This document shows, in pieces, positions 1 through 13,200 of a stretch of DNA of 60,969 nt (its first letter is position 1; every line of letters begins with the position of its first letter). The stretch lies in the NCBI GenBank assembly GCA_002633005.1, contig NMRA01000627.1:154561-215529 (forward strand), in the 5' to 3' direction. Origin of the DNA: Phoronis australis (lineage: Eukaryota; Animalia; Phoronida). A model generated the notes under the pieces. It was given only the letters and a program-made list of their open reading frames with translations, was not told the DNA's origin and did no database searches. A program made the translations under genes and the position numbers.

Positions 1-2454
1 AGTCACGAGCGAGGATAATTGGCTTCGCTCATGCGGATATGATCAGCTGATTACAATCTAGCTAGCAGACTGTACTTTTTATGGAGAGAGTTTTACGTAG
101 TTTTTACTGTAATATTTGAAAAGAGGAGCGAAAACAAATATGAGTACAACTTTGAATTTTTCAAATCGGCCCAGGATAAGAGATTTTGCAACACAGCAAC
201 ACTCACGATTACTTTCATGCGGCGCGCACGAATACAAAAATATAGGACCCAAGTTATTTAGGTTTTGGAACACATGCATTGCAATATTCAAAATACGTTT
301 ATTATGAATCTTACAAGCTGTAAAACGGCGTTAAATTTCATTGTGCTCGTTTATTGTCATCCGTCAAATGGGCAATTTCCGAGATGTGATCTGCGGTGTG
401 CGCGTATGTACAAAACACGTGATTGTTATGTTCCTGAAGTACGAAAATTAAGAAACTTTAGCATGCCGTTATTATTGACAGGGACACGATAAAACGAATT
501 TGGATTTTGACTAGTTTTGATACAGCGAGCTGGCTGACCACTGCATCAGTGTCTCCGTTAGACCCAGAAATTTCACACAGCCCGGGTAGTTCACCTCGTC
601 CCCAAGATGTAGATCGAGCCTTGGACTATAATACTCCACGGTAGAGCTAACGACGTGCACACAAAATCTGAGTTAACCAGCACAGCTGTTTAAGTGAAAA
701 ACAATCTTGCATAATCCTCCGCCTTTTGTTACAAAAAAGTCTCGTCGATGACCCGCACACGCACGCTCACTCACTCTCATACGCAGACGAACTTCAAAAC
801 AAACGTCACGTGACAACAACATGTGTGTTCAGCCAGAGATTTTTCTCGTGTTGTGGAATACGATGTAGCGCGGATTTGGACTTAATCGCAATTAATCTGG
901 ACTCCATGTGAACTTTAAAAGTTAATTGTAAAACATAAGGAAGATTTTAGGTAATTTGTTGAGTCAAAACTATATTTTTTTCAAGAGTTTTCCTATTGAC
1001 AATCGCGATTCAGCGACGCATCAATCAGCAAGTTTTCGCCCTGTTATGAGCACAATTTTTTGAAAAATTGTCGTAATTTAAAAACGGTAGTTGATAGCAA
1101 TGCACCACAATTTTGTAGAAATACTGTCACAGGCTACAAATACGTCACAGAGCGTAAATTTGATGAATCCTAGCTTCCGATTTTACCCGTTTGGGAAACC
1201 GGGTTTCAACTGCCGTACGGCTACAATGAGCGTCCCCTCCCTGTGAAATGAATTTTTCTAAGCGTTTGTTTGAGCCAATACAGTATACAGCTTTCCACCA
1301 AGGCTAGGTGATGCAAGACATTATTCTTTGTTGCATTATAGTAACTGGTCTTGGCTAATGGGGCTATTCGGAGAATTCTCCTCGCGGTGTCGCTGCTGTA
1401 CTAGTGGTGATTAAATTGCGCATGCGTGGCTGTCTGCATGTAAACAACTTGTAAAAGATGGAATTTTTATCAAAATACGTCGTTGCGCTAAGACTTATTA
1501 CTGCTAATTTCCTTGGTGCAAGTCTTCGACAGGTGGCCACAAATTCCCAAAAGACCTAAGGTTACTATATTCGTGGGCAATTGTGGTCAACAGGGTCAAC
1601 TAACTGACAAAAAGTGTGTGGATGCTGAAGCCCCGTGTGTGCTCTATGTCTATGACTATACAGTTCCATTCGGAGACTACACAACATTACTTGGTAAGTT
1701 TTTAGCAATCGGTTTCTATCAACATCGTTCGGTGATGTTATCCCCACCAGTTACCCCCACTGAATAACAGTTTTATTGAGTGGAACTAAGTGTTTCTTTT
1801 TGGAAACTCGCCCGATGCCGGGTAGGCTAGCAGCACATATTCATATTGGCCTGGGTGGGACAGTGCTCCCAAAATAAGAGGTGTATGGTACGTGATGCAC
1901 AGAAGTCAAGAGTGACTTTTCCACAGCAGTTTCTCTTCAAAACTATGCTGTTTCCAATAAAATTCTCTAGATGAGTGAGTTTCCTTATTTTATCGTGGAC
2001 CCCACCCCCAAGACCACCAGCTCAGTTATCGAATTAACATGAATAAGCCTTAATTCAGTAAATGTCGTAACATTGCATTGGAAAAAAAATGACACCTAGA
2101 ATGAATTGTACTTGTTGAGATCAGAAGCACATTTTAAGTGTCATGGAAAAATACACATTGTTAAATCACTTTTAGCCTGTTTCACATATTTTTATGCAGT
2201 TATTAAATAAGAATTGGGTACAAAGGTTATTAGTTTCTACACATAAACATGAAGATGAAATGTCAAGTATGTTCTGCCTTACAAAAGTAATTCCGGCGTA
2301 CAGAGCGCCTATAGCCTCTACATCGCCTCTGGTTCGGGCCAACAGAGGCGATGGTCATTGCCTAATATTAAATAAGAATTGGGTACAAAGGTTATTAGTT
2401 TCTACACATAAACATGAAGATGAAATGTAAAGTATGTTCTCCCTTACAAAAATG

Positions 2455-2935
2455 AACTTAAGTTTTTCGATGAAAACTTAAGTTTTTGGCGAAAAAACTT
2501 AAGTTTTTGGACAATAACTTAAGTTTTAGAGGAAAAACTTAAGTTCTTCCGAAAAACTTAAGTTTTTAAAAGAAACTTAAGTTTTTAAAACTTAAGTTTT
2601 TCCCCAAAAACTTAAGTTTTTCAGCACAATGTTAAGTTTTTCAGAAAACTTAAGTTTTTTCAAGTGTAAAACTTAAGTTTTCACAAATAAACTTAAGTTT
2701 CAAGTAATAACTTAAGTTTTCATGAAAACTTAAGTTTTTTGTACTAATAAAACTTAGGTTTTTCTGATAACTTAAGTTTATCACAAAACTTAAGTTTTTG
2801 TAATTTTAAAAACTTAAGTTTTCCTGACTTCTTAAGTTTTTCAGAAAACTGGATTTTTTCATTTGTGGAAAACTTGAATTTTCTAAAAACTTTAAGGTTT
2901 CTATGTGATGAAAATTTACGTTTTCAAGTTTTTAA
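2455..2935. repeat. Left subterminal array of the palindrome AAAACTTAAGTTTT
   Basis: More than 20 copies, roughly 20-nt spacing. Confidence 0.9.
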
Positions 2936-5626
2936 AATTTGAATATTGTGAGATGTATTTAATTTTTGGTTCGAAATTTTTCCCATTATTTTCCAACAAA
3001 AAATTATTGTTTTCTCATACAAAACCCATCATCTCAAAAAAATGTTGCCCGAATGTTTCCTTAGCATTTATATAGATATAAATACCATAAAACGACGAAC
3101 ATTTAACCTGGTCAAAACAGAATTAGTGCAGTTATGTAATCATTACGGCACGTCTTTGTGAATTTAAATGTAGACGAACATCCGGTGACCAACAGCAGTA
3201 AGAATGCACCCAATGTTAATCCCCTGAGACACTGACCTGGTCAGTACAATGTAATCAATTGATTTCATGCAATTCTTAAAAAAACGTAGTTCTTTTGCAA
3301 GTTTCCTTTGTGTTGAGTTGTATTCGTAAGGCAGTTTCCACCGGAAGTCAACAGTTTGAATTTTATAACGGACAGTCAACTTCGAGGAAAAAGTCGTGTG
3401 TTGGCTAGCCTGCGACAATGAAGTTTATATTACTACGAGCAGAGCCAGCAAGAAGACATTTCAGAAGTTTTGGAAGTCAGGTTAGTGCCAGAGAGCGTTC
3501 TAAAATCGATTGGCCACAATCGGTGGTGTGATTTCCAACGAACGTGTTAAGTTCGTTATTGTCAGCCACTCACGAGTCACCACGCTGTCACACACCGACA
3601 TGGACTCATTCTGTGTGTGAATTATCTAACCTTCTAACGTGTAATATACTTCAGGGGAATCCATAACGTTCACATAGGCTATTACTCTATTATATTTCTG
3701 TCTTCTGAGGTTGTGGCAGTGTGATCAATGCAAGGGGGGGGGACTACCAAGGCAAATTGTAATCGTCTCCCAAATTAGAAGAGTAACTATGGTATCTGAA
3801 CCATTGTCACATGTTCACAGGCGCCGAAATGAGCTAGGACGAACTCTAGACACTTCTGTGTATTCATTAGTTTATACGCCCTCATGCATTAAACTTGAGT
3901 TGTTGCTAACCTCAATTTCAATTTTTGCTATCCGTAAAAATCTTGCACAGTTTTGGTCATCAGTACCTTGTATTAAATTAAAACCAAATTTTAACGTATA
4001 ATGATGCCAGATATACTTTTATTTTCAATAAATAATTACAATTTTTGAAAAATAGATAGACCGCGAAAAAGTCACCCTTCAGACTTCAGAGCGGCAATCC
4101 CTAAGACCGTATTCCTCTTCTTTCGGGAGTCGCCACCGGGAGCCGGGGATTCATAAGATTGTCCTTTGGAATTCCCCCTGAATAAACACCAGGCCTTTTA
4201 AACTGCTGTGTAGTGTAGAAAATATGTCGTCAATCATTCACTTTTTAGCTTTTGCGCTTATCTGTATGACTTACATCCGCTGACGAACGCGGTGCTTCCA
4301 GCATGGGTAAACGCCGGCAAAAATCAAACGTCATCCCGTGTTCACTGTCTCGCAGGCCAGAAAACCTAATTTCTCATGACGGAACCCATCTCCGCACTCT
4401 TTTTGTTTCATATTTTTGCTTTGATTCTTTCTGAACTCGTTTTTTAGCAACTAAACCAATGCTTCCATGTTTAGACATTTTGCCAGAGTGCAGACGATCA
4501 GTAGTATCACGTGACAACTTATTCAGAAACTGCAGGGCACGTTCAGAGAATCGATAGGATTTGACCGCGAGCGTCATCTGTGCACGCCGCATCACACTCG
4601 TTCTATTTTCCTTTCGGTGCTCATTCGAAGACGGGAGTTTCTTTGACGACCACAGGGGCTTTTTCGACGGTTTTTATAGGCTTGTGTCGGGGTTCGTTAC
4701 TTTGGAGCAAATGTCGAGCAGACAATCTTAGGATCTACTTGCCTATGCGGCTAGCTTTTTAACTTGCCCATCGGGCAAGTACTTTTCAAATTCCACTTGC
4801 CCGACGCAAAATCTACATGTACACGGGCAATCGGGCAACCGTTATTGTTGAGCCCTGTCATATCACTACAGGTCAATAATTTGCAAGGTTCACTTGCCTC
4901 ATCCACGCACCAATCCTAAAATTTGGGGGGTGCTCAAATTTTTGGGCATGTTGACCTTTTACTAAAAAAACGTGGTATGTTCAGAGCTGTGCACAGTGCA
5001 TTCCTGAATTACAGCTTTTTAGTGGACTCGTGTCTCGTTTTCTCAATTTTTTTTGTTTCTATGAGGCTGACCTTTTCATGCCCACTTCGGCAAGTGGGGG
5101 GGGTGCTCGTTCGAACCTCCCCTGGGTGCGCGCATGTGCCTGGTTCTCAAAATTAAGAATCACCAATGTAACTATTGTATTGCCTATTTTGACTGATTTG
5201 CTCAGGTTTCACGGGAGGATCTAGGTTATTGAATGTGAAAGGACATCCCGATCCCGCTACTAGTACCCTATCTGGAATACCTCCCGGCATAGGTCACAAT
5301 GTACCCAAGTGAACTCTCACCAGTCAACATGTTAACTATTGTGAAGCACAGTGAAACTTGCATAATTCCTATCTAATTGCACCAAATAATTCAATGCCAA
5401 TAAGGAAATCTGTGTGATTTGACTTTGGGATTGAGTATGTGCTTTCGAATTTTTACCGGGTTGTGGAATACTAGAATGTGGCAAAAGTTTGCATATTCAG
5501 ACTTAAAATTTTCACCTTCAATGCGAGTTCAACTGGTTTTATTGAAATCAAATATTTCAATGTCATGGTGAAAGTGATAGTTAATCTGGGTACAACTTTA
5601 CCTAGGAGTTGAGTTGAGTTGAATAT

Positions 5627-7053
5627 CATGGGTGAGAAACATCATGACCGCCGGTCCTCTAAACTGGACCTCCAGGAATCAAATGGGACCGCCGCACCAG
5701 AAAATGGGACTGACGCACCTAAAAACATGACTGCCCCACCACAAAACAGGACCGCGGGGGACTAAAACCGCAATGACTAAGATTTATTACCGTTAGGCCT
5801 ACACAGATCATACAATGGGGCTATGTACGTATGCACATGCAGGTCTTGTGTAGATTAATCCACCGGAATCTTTTGTGCGCAACAGAGGACACTTCGCTTT
5901 GTAATACACGGCGCTTTTGAGTTTTACTCATCACCAGGCTCCCGGCTGCGGTATGTGACTTATAAACAGTTGAAAGGTCAACATTTAATAAATCTAACAG
6001 TTCAAAACAACCACGTTGTACGCTTTTGAGCTAAATAATTATAATTTTATCCACTGCGTAAGTTTTAGAACAAAATGAAAATCATTTTCTCCAATTTGAC
6101 GTTTAAAGTTAGTCAAGTAAAAAAACGGGCCTTCTGGTTCTCGGGTGAAGCATCATCATACTAGCTGCCTTTTTGCGGCAAAGCTGTATACTAAATATAC
6201 AGCTTTGCGCCGATGTGGGTAAAAAACTGAACATGTAAAATCTTCACCCGGCGAATTTGTGTTATTAACGACACTCTTCCTTGAGTAAACTAAATTATTT
6301 CATCGGCGCTCGAGAAAAATTGTCGTTCTGTCGTTATTCTGCGTTCTCTTAAGTCGGCTTACATTGGCCGGTTCCTTTTCCCCCCGGCCGATTCTTCAGT
6401 CAACTGTTCTTCTACAAGGTTGCGTACCTGGCACAACAAATTATCTAAACTGGTTTCATTTCGTTATAAGTTTTTAGTATACCAGCAAATCGAATTTCAG
6501 AACAATTCTTGTTGCCGCGAAGTTGTCGTCATCTTCCAAAAGATGTCGCAAAATTTTTCTGAGGAAATGGCGCGTGCACATGTCACGAGGGCGACAAACT
6601 TATTGTTACAATAGTTCATAGACTGTTTTTCACTCAAGCTGTTGCGACCTGCAAGGTGAGTGTTGGTTGACGCCTACATTTTGCATGTGCCTGCGCTGGT
6701 CGCGCGCTCTACTACATGTTGATGTAAGTTTCACGACGAGGTGACTAGCAGAACTACCCGGGCTGTGGGAAATTTCGGGGATGTAATGGAGCTCAATAAC
6801 GCTAAGCTGTCAAGCTTTATTTTGGCGATAGTCTTTACACAGCTATCTGACCGGTTACGTCATAACCCGCAGTATCACAAAGGCCTTAACTACTCAGTCC
6901 CCGGCGGTCCTGTTTTGTGGTGGGGCGGTCATGTTTTTAGGTGCATCAGTCCTGTTTTGTGGTGGGGCGGTCATGTTTTTAGGTGCGTCAGTCCTGTTTT
7001 GGGTGAGTCGGTCTGATTTAGAGGACCGGCGGTCGTATTGTTTCTCACCCGTG
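5627..7053. mobile_element. Non-autonomous TIR element with CAY...GTG ends and 5-bp TSD (Transib/Chapaev-like)
   Basis: CATGGGTGAGAAAC..GACCGCCGGTCCTCTAAA / TTTAGAGGACCGGCGGTC..GTTTCTCACCCGTG; TSD AATAT; ~20-nt subterminal repeats. Confidence 0.75.
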
Positions 7054-7292
7054 AATATGGACTGACTAGAATGATCTCCTCATGTCTGTAGGGGCATATT
7101 CGTTTCCCTCTAGAAATTTGCTTGAAACCTCAATTTAATATCTTTGCAAATGTCAACCAGTAAAGTGATTGGTAGGAGTACTACAGGATATAGTATTTTT
7201 TGTTTACTGTAGTACATGAGATAATAATTTTATTTTTACTGTAAACTATTATGGTTACGTAAGACTTCTCGTGAAGACCATGCCAGTATATT

Positions 7293-7454
7293 CAATGGTG
7301 GATTCAGAAGACATCTAAGTGGCCATGACCCCGGCCCCCTAAAACGCTACAAGATCAATTGGCAGTTGGGGGGCAGGGGGTGAATGTCTGATGGGCAAAA
7401 CCCTACTCTGCCCTAACCCCCCAACTCAAAATCCTGGACCCCCCACCGCCCCTG
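7293..7454. mobile_element. Degenerate short MITE of CAGTGGCGGATC...CCGCCCCTG type
   Basis: Imperfect terminal inverted repeats with G/C-run interior; no TSD seen. Confidence 0.4.
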
Positions 7455-8775
7455 ATCTTTACATGGATAACATTCCCTGTAAATGGGTTATATCTGGATT
7501 CTTAAGAAGCTATCACATACTGTTCTGTTTACTAATATCTCACTGTTTTCAGGTCTCTATTAACTTGGCAGAGTACGTGGAAGAACAAGACATCCAAACA
7601 TTTGCATCGAAACAATCACCCAGGGGTGGTATTGGGCTGTTTACATCGACATGGCAGGTAGAGCTTCATATGTTTCATTGTTGAGTTAAAAATAGTGCTG
7701 CTATCAGGGTTTGAATTTGAAACAATATGAAATTTGTCCTTGGTTTAGCCAATGGGATTATAATCTTTAACAAGCTCACTGATTCTTGTAGCCATTTGGT
7801 CAAGTCAATGTAAAGCTTCTTGGTTTTGCTATAAGTTTCAAAAAGTACACGCGGAAGTATACATGTGAGATTAAACTTTCAGTTCTAACCCTGGTTGTGC
7901 CGGCTAAATGTCCATGAAACATTAGTAAGAAGTTCTATGCTGGCTGGAAACAGCTAGTTAGAATACAACTAGCTCTGCTCATTATGTAGAGTTGTGCATT
8001 TTCTTATCAGATTAACGAATTAAACAATGAAAAGTTCATAAAAATAATGGGAATTGAAGTTTATTGCAGTTGCCAACAGTTTCATCATTTGATAAAAATA
8101 TGAATTAATTTGTCATAGAACTTGAACTAAAAAGTTACATAATACGATACCTGGTTAGCCTGAAGTCCAACTTTTATTAACACATTAAGTTTTGTCATAT
8201 GCACGGTTTGTTCTAGATTGTAATAGCATAATAGGTGACCATGTGCATGTTTTGTATTCAAGTTGTATAGAATAAAATTGTTTTGAATGTCGCGAATCCA
8301 GGATTAAAACTTCATTCAAAACAGTATGTGGAAAACTGACCCACTGCAGTGAATGCTTGAAGTAAACTTGCAGACTAGGCTTGCACTTGAATCCTGGAGA
8401 GTGATTGGTTAAATTTTGAGTTTGAAGACTATTCTAGGCTCTGTATATAAGTCAGGAAGTTTAACAAATCAGTGTTGTATAAACAGCACGATAAATATCC
8501 AGCAAGTTAAGTTGTCTTATACTGATAGCTTTTACCCGTCTGTTATTAAAATTTGTTGTCTTTATTGCAGAGTGTGCCTTCAACAATCGTTGGATAAGGA
8601 AGGTTACCCAGACAACGCAACGTACGCACTTACGAACTGCAGCTCATGAACCTATGAATTCAGTTATCTGAGCTCACAAACGCGCGTCTGTAGTCACAAA
8701 ACATGGATTATTTGCCTGTGAAGCTAAGCGAGCAGATCCAGCTAAAGAAGATTAAGTGGCTTGTGGTCTACCATA

Positions 8776-9170
8776 GGGCCCTTTCACATTGACTTAACTC
8801 TTGTCTGAGCGGAGAATCGGCGTATACTGCGAAGTTAAGTGGACCGTTCATTCTGGCTTCGGTAGGTAATGAACTTCGAAGTAAACAGTAGGTGACGCTG
8901 TCGTGATCGAAAGCATCGCAAGGTAGCACTGCACGCTAAGATGTGACAACTTGGGAACATTTACATGTGTTAATTGACGAAAAACTTATTTTTAAATTGA
9001 TTGGTGATTATTAGAGCAAGGAATAAGCAACTATTACCCATCACACTACTATGCAATTGTTAATGATAACAGTGGCCCCTGGCAATAACTTCGATAGGAT
9101 TGAAGTTGATAGTTTATACTGACAGTAACTTCCAAAAACTTCGACGTGTCGATGTTAGTATGAAAGGCCC
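8776..9170. mobile_element. MITE with Harbinger-like TIR
   Basis: TA|GGGCCCTTTCACATTGAC ... GTTAGTATGAAAGGCCC|TA. Confidence 0.6.
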
Positions 9171-10009
9171 TATATTTGTGTGAAGTTCAGTAGCTTTAAA
9201 TTAAAGAAAAATTAATATTTCTGTGGTGAATGGTCTAAGTTTTCTAGTTTCCATCTCGTATAACCAGGTTGTACTTAGGGTTACTTTTAGTGAAACTTGT
9301 TCGCATCATGGAGTGTATTGGATTTACTTCTATTATGACTGTCAACAAAACGAAACTTTGACATTTAAATTGATATTTTTAAGGTTGCAAAAAATTATAG
9401 TTGATTCTAGGCACTATTTCTAGCATAAGGATTGTACTTCCCAAAATCAGACCTGTCGCCATTGTCGATAAACTTTTAGTTACCTGTTACGTTTTATGTA
9501 ATTATGCTTTTGTCTCTGTAGATATTCTTGGATTTTGCATATTAAGTGATTTGTTATTCTTGGTGTCATTGCTGTAATTTTAGTTGAAACGTAGACTTTT
9601 GTTGTGACTTTCGTGGCTATGTAATCACATTTTCTTTGGTTGTGTTTCATGATTTGGTAGTGATTTCTCTGTTTGTACATTCCATTTTGCTCCCTCAGTT
9701 ATCGCATAATTGTCATAGATTAAGAATGATGCAAATATTGAACATATTATTAGCCTCATTTAGTTTTCACTGCATTGTATGCATGACACTTGATGAACTG
9801 ATTTTTGAAATGTTTCTGGTTTTTAAAATTTTGATATTTCACTTATGTTCACTTATTTTAAGGAACTAGTGTATTTTAGGCAATGCATTTTATTTTCTGC
9901 AATTAATCACTGTTAATGTAATGTTAATAGAACTTTATGAGCATCATTAAATTTGTTACTGTACTCCACTCTTGTTTTAGTGAAAGTCGAAATTTTTGAA
10001 TGTCTGTCC

Positions 10010-10325
10010 TATTGAAACTTATTGCTTTTAGAAAACTTCAGTTTTCAAAAGTTAGTTCCTTCAAAACTTATGTTTAAGTTTTTATAAGTTATACTTAAGT
10101 TTTTGAAAAACTTAAGTTTTCAGAACTTAAGTTTTTGAAAAACTTAAGTTTTCAGAACTTAAGTGTTTGAAAAACTTAAGTTTTTGAAAACTTAAGTTAT
10201 GAAAACTTAAGTTCGTTCCAAAAAACTTGTTCCAAAATACTTAAGTTTTCGACAAAAACTTAAGTTTTTGGGAATGAAAACTTAAGTTTTTGAGACCAAA
10301 ACCTTAAGTTTTTCGATGAAAGTTC
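10010..10325. repeat. Right subterminal array of AAAACTTAAGTTTT
   Basis: Same palindromic motif repeated up to the right TIR. Confidence 0.9.
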
Positions 10326-12035
10326 ATTTTTGTAAGGGCTGCCTTACAAAAGTAGTTTTGTCTTGTCTTTTCTTTTACAATTTGCTAATATTTCTATTCT
10401 GTTACAGGCAAGAAAAAACAACTGAAACCAACCGCCTGGCCATCTATTTCACCGTTGGACAAAGTGAAAACCAATTCTTCAGCAATAACCTGAGAGAATT
10501 GAATGTAATTTAGTAATTCAGCACCTGATATGCCTGATTATGAACTCCCTCGCAATGTTGTTTCTTTCTGTGCTTTTTCGGTTGGCAATTTGTTTTTAAA
10601 TACACTGATAATTATTTATTCTCGAATCTTGTGCATAGTAGCTAGCTACAATTGAAAACATACAATAAGACAATCGATGCAGTCACTGAATGTCATTTCC
10701 CCATAATCTGTACCAAATTGAAAAGTTTTTGCCAATAGTATAAAGCCTTTCATCTGAAAGGAAAATTTAATGTCACTCAGCTTTTGGCTTTCATTTCACT
10801 GGGTTCTAGTTTCAATGGCCTATAGAAGCGCTTGTAAAAAAGGTCCAGTTTCAACACGTGGCTTTCTTTCATGTAACCTCATTCAGCCTCAATAACATCC
10901 ACAATTAGACCCTTGAAGGTAAACACAGCAGCATATCACTTGAATCGTTTTGAGCCCAAAATCAGACTCTGAACTAGACCAGAGTGTGACTAGGTCTTCT
11001 TTAGCTTCAGTCCCTCATGTTTCTTCCAGGAAAGGAAATAAACTATTGTCCACACATGACTCATTGCCTATGAAAGGGCATCCTCGCCAACAAGGCTTAT
11101 TTGTGTAGCAGTCAGATATAGTTCATCTGGATACACAGACACTCCACTGGCACATTGTCTTATGGTAACTTAGTACTGCGATTCACATTTCTCCAGGGCC
11201 ACTGACTTGCACATTGTGCCAAGCAGCACTGCTGGTGTGTGGAAGTGCTGTGGGAAGAGAACGGAGTAACAAAGCTTGTCTATGATACTGCTTGAAGTGG
11301 TCTTAAAATGTCACTGCACCTGGAACAAATATTGAAATATGAATAATTAAGTACTCCAGATTGGATCAAAAATGTTATCCCTGTTTTTCAAAAATATATG
11401 GTGATTGGTCTACAGTTTCACATAAAAGTAAATATTTACTATTTTCAGAAACCAAGGGTGTATATAATGAGTATTGCATAAAACTGTGTCTTTATTTTTT
11501 ATCCCTAGCCATAACAATTCTTTAAACGCATCACTTGTCTGTAAAATATACAATTTTTTTGAGATAACTTCAAAGCTTTGTTGCCCATTTTCAAGCCTTT
11601 TTAATTTTGATACTTTCAGCAATTTTAAACTCAGATTACAGGTTCATGGGTCAGTCAAGCATACTTCTAGCCTAAGGTTAAGGGAACCGTTTTTTTTTCT
11701 AATAGAAGATATGAAGACTTGGGTCTAAAATCTGTTAAGCGCCACCTAAATTGACCACTTTAGGTCAGTAAGTAAGCCCTACTCTCATTGGATAGTATCT
11801 AGCTTATATACCTGTATGGTTTACACTAGTAAATGAAAAAGTATGTCCCATACTGAGAACAACTACCCGTATATCTGTTTCCATGGAAGCTGTTTAGCCC
11901 TTGATACCGTTCCATTTTCAGTATTTTATTGGCTGTTCTGTGTTTAGAACTATAAAACGAGTGTGTGTATGTTTATTCAAAATTTACGAACGCGCCAGTG
12001 AAACTCTCCAGGAAGGTCTCTAAGCGGTCATATTG

Positions 12036-13200
12036 CTATTGACGCACGGTTGTAGGCTGGTTGCACGAAGCAAGTGTAGCGATGGGACGACTGCTAGCCT
12101 GAAGGGTTTCACCTTCCCGTATCCAACCTAGGATAGTCGTCCGCTTGGAGGCAATGACCGTTTTGGTAGGAGGCAAATGTAGACCAGACTTAGGAAGGGC
12201 AAGAAATACCCGTAAGTAGCACATATGGCGTCTGGCCACCACAGTAAAGGTCGTCTACCAACTTGGTTGCGATGCCTTGTTCGAGATCACCAAGGCCACG
12301 GCAAGTAAGTTCTTCTTGTGCTGTTTCTGAACCTAGCATCCTCAGGGCATATCTGGCATAGACACGAATGTCCTGGAAGGGTGTTACCATGCCGCAATAC
12401 TTCATGGATTCACGAGACAAGGAAATGTGATTAAAAGTCACTCGTGAGGTCCGTCTTGGCTATGAATCGCCACTGTGTAATTCTGCGTAGAACCGATTCT
12501 ACACCAAGCATGAGTAATATTTGGGATTTGGCGTATCTTCCAACATCCGTAAAGGCTGTCACGAGCCGAAATCCACAGGTGGGCTTTTTGACCAGAAAGG
12601 ATGGGTTGAGATATTCAACTCTGCCTTTACCTCTTCAGGACGAACGAAGACACTGAGTGCTTCAAGATCGTGGAACTTCTCTTGAGGTCAAAGGAGTTTA
12701 GTCGGCGAGTACATATATAGACGACCTATGCGTTGGGGCGGCTGAATAAGACCCATGTTAGCAGAGCCAGCGGATCCATTGTAACCGGTAAAATTGGGGG
12801 TGAGAATAGTGGCAAAGGACTCATGGAACATTTCGAAATCCTTCTGAATGACACATGGTAAAACTAAGTGAAAATAGTGGACCTGAGATGAGGTAAACCA
12901 TGGTGAATCAAACGTAACCAAGTGAGCACTGCTAAGTTCTCTAAGGTCGGAGACATCTCTTCCTTGTCTGTCATCACCACGCCATGATGTAGAATGGTGT
13001 TGTCCGGACCGAGCAAATTGTCTTCGATGAATGACATGATCCGCAGATATGAACCTTCCAGGCGCTCGTCGTGTTGGCGGCGAATATCAGAAAAAACAAT
13101 GAAATCTCCTCCAGGTGTCTGAAAGCCGCAATGTCTTCTAATAGTTTGCCATATACCGGCAGGTGAGGTGGTCTATTTGACAATAGCGCAACGGGCAATC
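12036..13200 (-). mobile_element. Degenerate LTR-retrotransposon-type reverse transcriptase fragment
   Basis: [46 protein letters not shown], upstream [11 protein letters not shown], downstream TTILGWI; frameshifted. Confidence 0.75.

Larger units (their letters stand above)
2441..10338. mobile_element. 7.9-kb CACTA/EnSpm (CMC)-like element
   Basis: TIR CCCTTACAAAAATGAACTT / AAGTTCATTTTTGTAAGGG; 2-bp TSD CT; subterminal palindrome arrays at both ends; no intact transposase seen. Confidence 0.75.
1360..11730 (-). mobile_element. Truncated ISL2EU-like DNA transposon copy, split by the CACTA-like element
   Basis: Starts AT|GGGGCTATTCG. 1360-~2090 and ~10990-11720 are the reverse complement of parts of 19105-21709. 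Confidence 0.65.

Noticed and set aside
1-1245. Possible CAC-terminated transposon end (CCCTGTG near 1245) or RSS-like signal
   Set aside because: The partner end is not in the window, no TSD can be tested, and there is no heptamer/nonamer match.
2455-2935. Regularly spaced palindromic repeats resembling a CRISPR array
   Set aside because: Spacers are only a few nt, the array is mirrored at 10010-10325 inside TIRs, and the context is eukaryotic with no cas genes.
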